Source: Oculatellaceae cyanobacterium bins.114
Lineage (GTDB): Bacteria > Cyanobacteriota > Cyanobacteriia > Elainellales > Elainellaceae
DNA: 18,332 nucleotides
Assembly (NCBI GenBank): GCA_033764315.1
Contig: JANRJA010000043.1
Location: forward strand, 1 to 18,332
Direction of reading: 5' to 3'
Shown here: positions 15,517 through 18,332 of the stretch, piece after piece
Position numbering within the stretch: position 1 is the stretch's first letter
Layout: every line of letters starts with the position of its first letter
Translations under genes and position numbers: made by a program
Notes under the pieces: model-generated
What the model was told of the DNA's origin: nothing
The model's input: the letters and a program-made list of their open reading frames with translations, nothing else
Database searches by the model: none

Positions 15517-18273
15517 ATGAGTATGGATGAGCAGCGGGTACAGGCTTATGATGAACCACGGAATCAGGCGTATCGTTCTTTGATTGAGCAATTGATGTGG
15601 TGTGAGGAGGGAGAAGCAACGGCTGTTTTACAGCAACAGGCTGTGTGGGTTGATGCAGGATTGCTGGAAGAGATCGCACTGGAAGTAGAGAGGTTAAAGT
15701 GCCGAGGGAAGGGTAAAGCTGCACAAAGGTTACAACAGATCCGGGGGATTGTAGCTGATTGGGTTGCTGAGCATTCAGATGGGGGAGTAACTGAACCATC
15801 TGAGGCAGAGATGATCACAAATTTGTTGGGTGAAGGAGTTACACAATTACCACAGGTGACCGAAATAGACACAGCAACATCGGTAGGGACAGAAGCGGCA
15901 GGGCGTTTTTTGTTGGAGACGTTGCAGTTAGTGGCAGGTAGTAAAGGCAATCCACAGCAAGTCTACCCAGTGTGGGCGCAGCAGCAAGCTCAGTTTAATG
16001 CTGACCTGCTGGCAGTTTTGCCTCCAGTAGTAATGCAATTGTTAGGGAATGCGCCACGAGAACAGCAAAGAGTAATCGCAGCCATTTTAGTAGATTTTGG
16101 CAATTTGATTCAACAGTTTCCTTTGGGGACTCGCTGGATCAATATGGAGCTGGGTATTGCCGCTTACAGCCAAGCGTTGACAGTGAGGACACAGACGGAG
16201 ATGCCACTGGAGTGGGCAGACACGATGAATAATCTGGCGCTTGCCTACTCTAACCGCATCCGAAAGGATCAGGCAGCGAACCTGAAACAGACAGTTGACT
16301 ACCAGCAGAAACCTTTGACAGATGGAAGTCAACAGGCGCTAGAGATCTCGTTCACATTTTTAGGAGATGCTTTAAAGCAAATAGGGACTGCATTGAGCAA
16401 TGGAGATGTAAAGCAAGGTTATTCCTTCTTAGAGAAACATCAACACCAATTGAATGCAACACTATTGCAAGTAATACCCATTTTTGGATCTACATATCTC
16501 AATAGAGACACAAGTTCAGATTTAGTTTTTGCATTATCATCTTTCGGCGCGCTTGGTAGCATCATAATCGCTGATGATTCTTCTTTAGGGCGGCGTAAGA
16601 TAAGTTTGGAAATAGCCATCAGTGTTTTCCAATCAATTTTGCAAGCTTTTAGCCAAAAGTCATTATCAGCTCTGTGGACAGTATCTCAATTTTGTTCTGC
16701 GTATAACATCGAACAGCTTATTCCAACAATATGGGCAGCAACACAAAATGATTTGGCAGGAGCTTACACGAACCGCATTCTAGGTGACCGTGCCGATAAT
16801 ATCGAACAGGCAATTAAGTCCTTCAAGCTAGCGTTGCAGGTATTTACCCATAAGAAATTTCCAGAAGAATGGGCAACAACGCAAAATGGTTTGGCAGGAG
16901 CTTATCTTGAGCGCATAAAAGGGGACGGTGTTGATAATATCGAGCAAGTGATTAGGATCAGCAATTTAATCTTGCAGATAATGACTCAAAAGTCATCTCC
17001 AGAGGTATGGGGAGTAACTCAAAATAACCTGGGACTAGCTTACACGAACCGCATTCTAGGTGACCGTGCCGATAATATCGAACAGGCAATTAAGTCCTTC
17101 ACACTAGCCTTGCAGATTAGAACATATGAATCATTCCCAAAAAAATGGGCAATGACACAAAATAACCTGGGAGTAGCTTACGAAAAGCGCATTTTAGGTG
17201 ACCGCGTCGATAATTTTGAACACGCCATCAAGTCCTTTAAGCTAGCGTTGCAAGTATTTACCCGTGAGGTATTCCCAGAAAGATGGGCACAGATACAGGG
17301 CAACCTGGGAAACATGTATATGGAGAATACTTTAGGCGATCGCGCGGATAGCGTAGAACAGGCTATCGAGTTCTTCAAGTTAGCGTTGCAAGTATTTACT
17401 CGTGAGGCATCTCCAGAAGAATGGGCAGGAACGATGATGAATTTGGCGCTTGCCTACTCTAACCGCATCCGAGGCGAGCGCGCTGAGAACATCAAGCAAG
17501 CCATCGTGGCTTACCGAGCTAGCCTGGAAATTTTTGAGCCTGAGTTGTTTCCCAATGACTGTCGCAGAACCGCTCGTAGCTTAGGGAATCTTTACAGCGA
17601 GCAACACCGCTGGGGAGAGGCTGAGGCTATCTATCAAACCGCCCTGGAAGCGGCTGAACGGCTGTATCAAAGTTCCAATCTTTTAGATGGCAGGGCTGCT
17701 GAACTGGTGGAAACGGCTGACCTGCCCCGGTGTGCTGCCTATGCGTCTGCCCGGTGTGGCAAGTTTGAGAAGGCGGTTGAAACGCTGGAGCAGGGGCGGG
17801 CGCGTGGGCTGAGTGAGACGCTGGAACGTGACCGGGCTGACCTGTCCCAGCTTCAGCAGAGCCGCCCCGACCTCTTCAACCAATATCAAGACATTACGGC
17901 TCAACTCCGCAATTTGGAGAGTCAAGACCGGATGCGGATGACCTCTGAGGATCGCCATAGCCTCACTCCGGAAGCTTATCGTAATCTTGCAGTTAACCTG
18001 CGTCAGCAACTCACAATTCTTGTGCAACAGATCCGTGAAGTCCCTGGGTATGAGGGATTTTTGGATTTACCGTCGGTTGAGGATGTTTGGGATGCGGTTG
18101 GTCAGGAGCGACCGTTGGTGTATCTGGTGTCTACTCCGATGGGTAGCCTTGCTCTTATTATCGGAAGATTCTCCCTAGCCTCCCTTGAAAGGGGCAGGGC
18201 TGATCTACTGACTGTAGAAAATAGAAAATGGAGAAACTGTCCTCTCCATCTTCTCAACGATGAGTCTCATTAA
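15517..18273 (+). CDS. TPR-repeat protein of the cyanobacterial TPR-CHAT type, apparently truncated before the CHAT domain
   Basis: MDEQRVQAY N-terminus (alternative start 15523), 46-aa repeats WAxTQNNLGxAY..RI.GDRADN.EQAI, and linker LEQGRARGL..QIREVPGYEGFL..PLVYL. The sequence ends without the His/Cys CHAT motifs. Confidence 0.85.
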   Translation: MSMDEQRVQAYDEPRNQAYRSLIEQLMWCEEGEATAVLQQQAVWVDAGLLEEIALEVERLKCRGKGKAAQRLQQIRGIVADWVAEHSDGGVTEPSEAEMITNLLGEGVTQLPQVTEIDTATSVGTEAAGRFLLETLQLVAGSKGNPQQVYPVWAQQQAQFNADLLAVLPPVVMQLLGNAPREQQRVIAAILVDFGNLIQQFPLGTRWINMELGIAAYSQALTVRTQTEMPLEWADTMNNLALAYSNRIRKDQAANLKQTVDYQQKPLTDGSQQALEISFTFLGDALKQIGTALSNGDVKQGYSFLEKHQHQLNATLLQVIPIFGSTYLNRDTSSDLVFALSSFGALGSIIIADDSSLGRRKISLEIAISVFQSILQAFSQKSLSALWTVSQFCSAYNIEQLIPTIWAATQNDLAGAYTNRILGDRADNIEQAIKSFKLALQVFTHKKFPEEWATTQNGLAGAYLERIKGDGVDNIEQVIRISNLILQIMTQKSSPEVWGVTQNNLGLAYTNRILGDRADNIEQAIKSFTLALQIRTYESFPKKWAMTQNNLGVAYEKRILGDRVDNFEHAIKSFKLALQVFTREVFPERWAQIQGNLGNMYMENTLGDRADSVEQAIEFFKLALQVFTREASPEEWAGTMMNLALAYSNRIRGERAENIKQAIVAYRASLEIFEPELFPNDCRRTARSLGNLYSEQHRWGEAEAIYQTALEAAERLYQSSNLLDGRAAELVETADLPRCAAYASARCGKFEKAVETLEQGRARGLSETLERDRADLSQLQQSRPDLFNQYQDITAQLRNLESQDRMRMTSEDRHSLTPEAYRNLAVNLRQQLTILVQQIREVPGYEGFLDLPSVEDVWDAVGQERPLVYLVSTPMGSLALIIGRFSLASLERGRADLLTVENRKWRNCPLHLLNDESH
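16761..17101 (+). repeat. Exact 65-nt direct repeat within the TPR array
   Basis: 16761-16825 is identical to 17037-17101. The offset is 276 nt, or two 138-nt units. Confidence 0.9.
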
Positions 18274-18332
18274 GCATCTGCAACAGATTCAAGACTTCCG
18301 GTCTCAACCCGAGTATCCCCTTTGGGTCGTAT

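Larger units (their letters stand above)
2334..17343. repeat. Dispersed HIP1 octamers (GCGATCGC)
   Basis: Seen at 2334, 2582, 3427, 3577, 3877, 6852, 10030, 10227, 11265, 13098, 13202, 13468, 13649, 14036, 14675, 14754, 15221 and 17336. HIP1 is a cyanobacterial hallmark. Confidence 0.9.

Noticed and set aside
12900-18178. Short antisense or off-frame ORFs over the prophage and TPR genes
   Set aside because: They are shadow ORFs with no independent support.

Overview
This is a cyanobacterial genomic window: about 17 HIP1 GCGATCGC octamers and several cyanobacterial-type palindromic and heptamer repeats are present. Positions 1-12.4 kb hold a complete minus-strand CRISPR-Cas locus in this order: WYL regulator, cas3 (helicase with a C-terminal HD domain), an intergenic region carrying a solo degenerate repeat plus guide, a 94-aa ORF, a 616-aa Cas8-like large subunit with a probable internally translated Cas11, an MNT/HEPN toxin-antitoxin pair, DevR/Csa2-like cas7, cas5, cas6, cas4, cas1, cas2, the leader and the array (37-nt repeats, running off the left edge). 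The effector looks I-A-like, whereas the adaptation genes, repeat and WYL context look I-D-like. The most notable signal is the solo repeat at 8590-8626. Its guide matches 17 of 18 nt of a site about 80 bp away, next to a GTG PAM, upstream of the orf94-cas8-MNT-HEPN-cas7 operon. This suggests a Cascade-guided autorepression or toxin-control circuit. Positions 12.6-15.3 kb are a prophage packaging remnant whose large terminase is broken by an apparent 5-nt insertion in Walker A. Positions 15.5-18.3 kb encode a mosaic TPR protein of the CHAT-associated type that stops before any CHAT domain. Family assignments come from recognising motifs by eye; no database searches were run.
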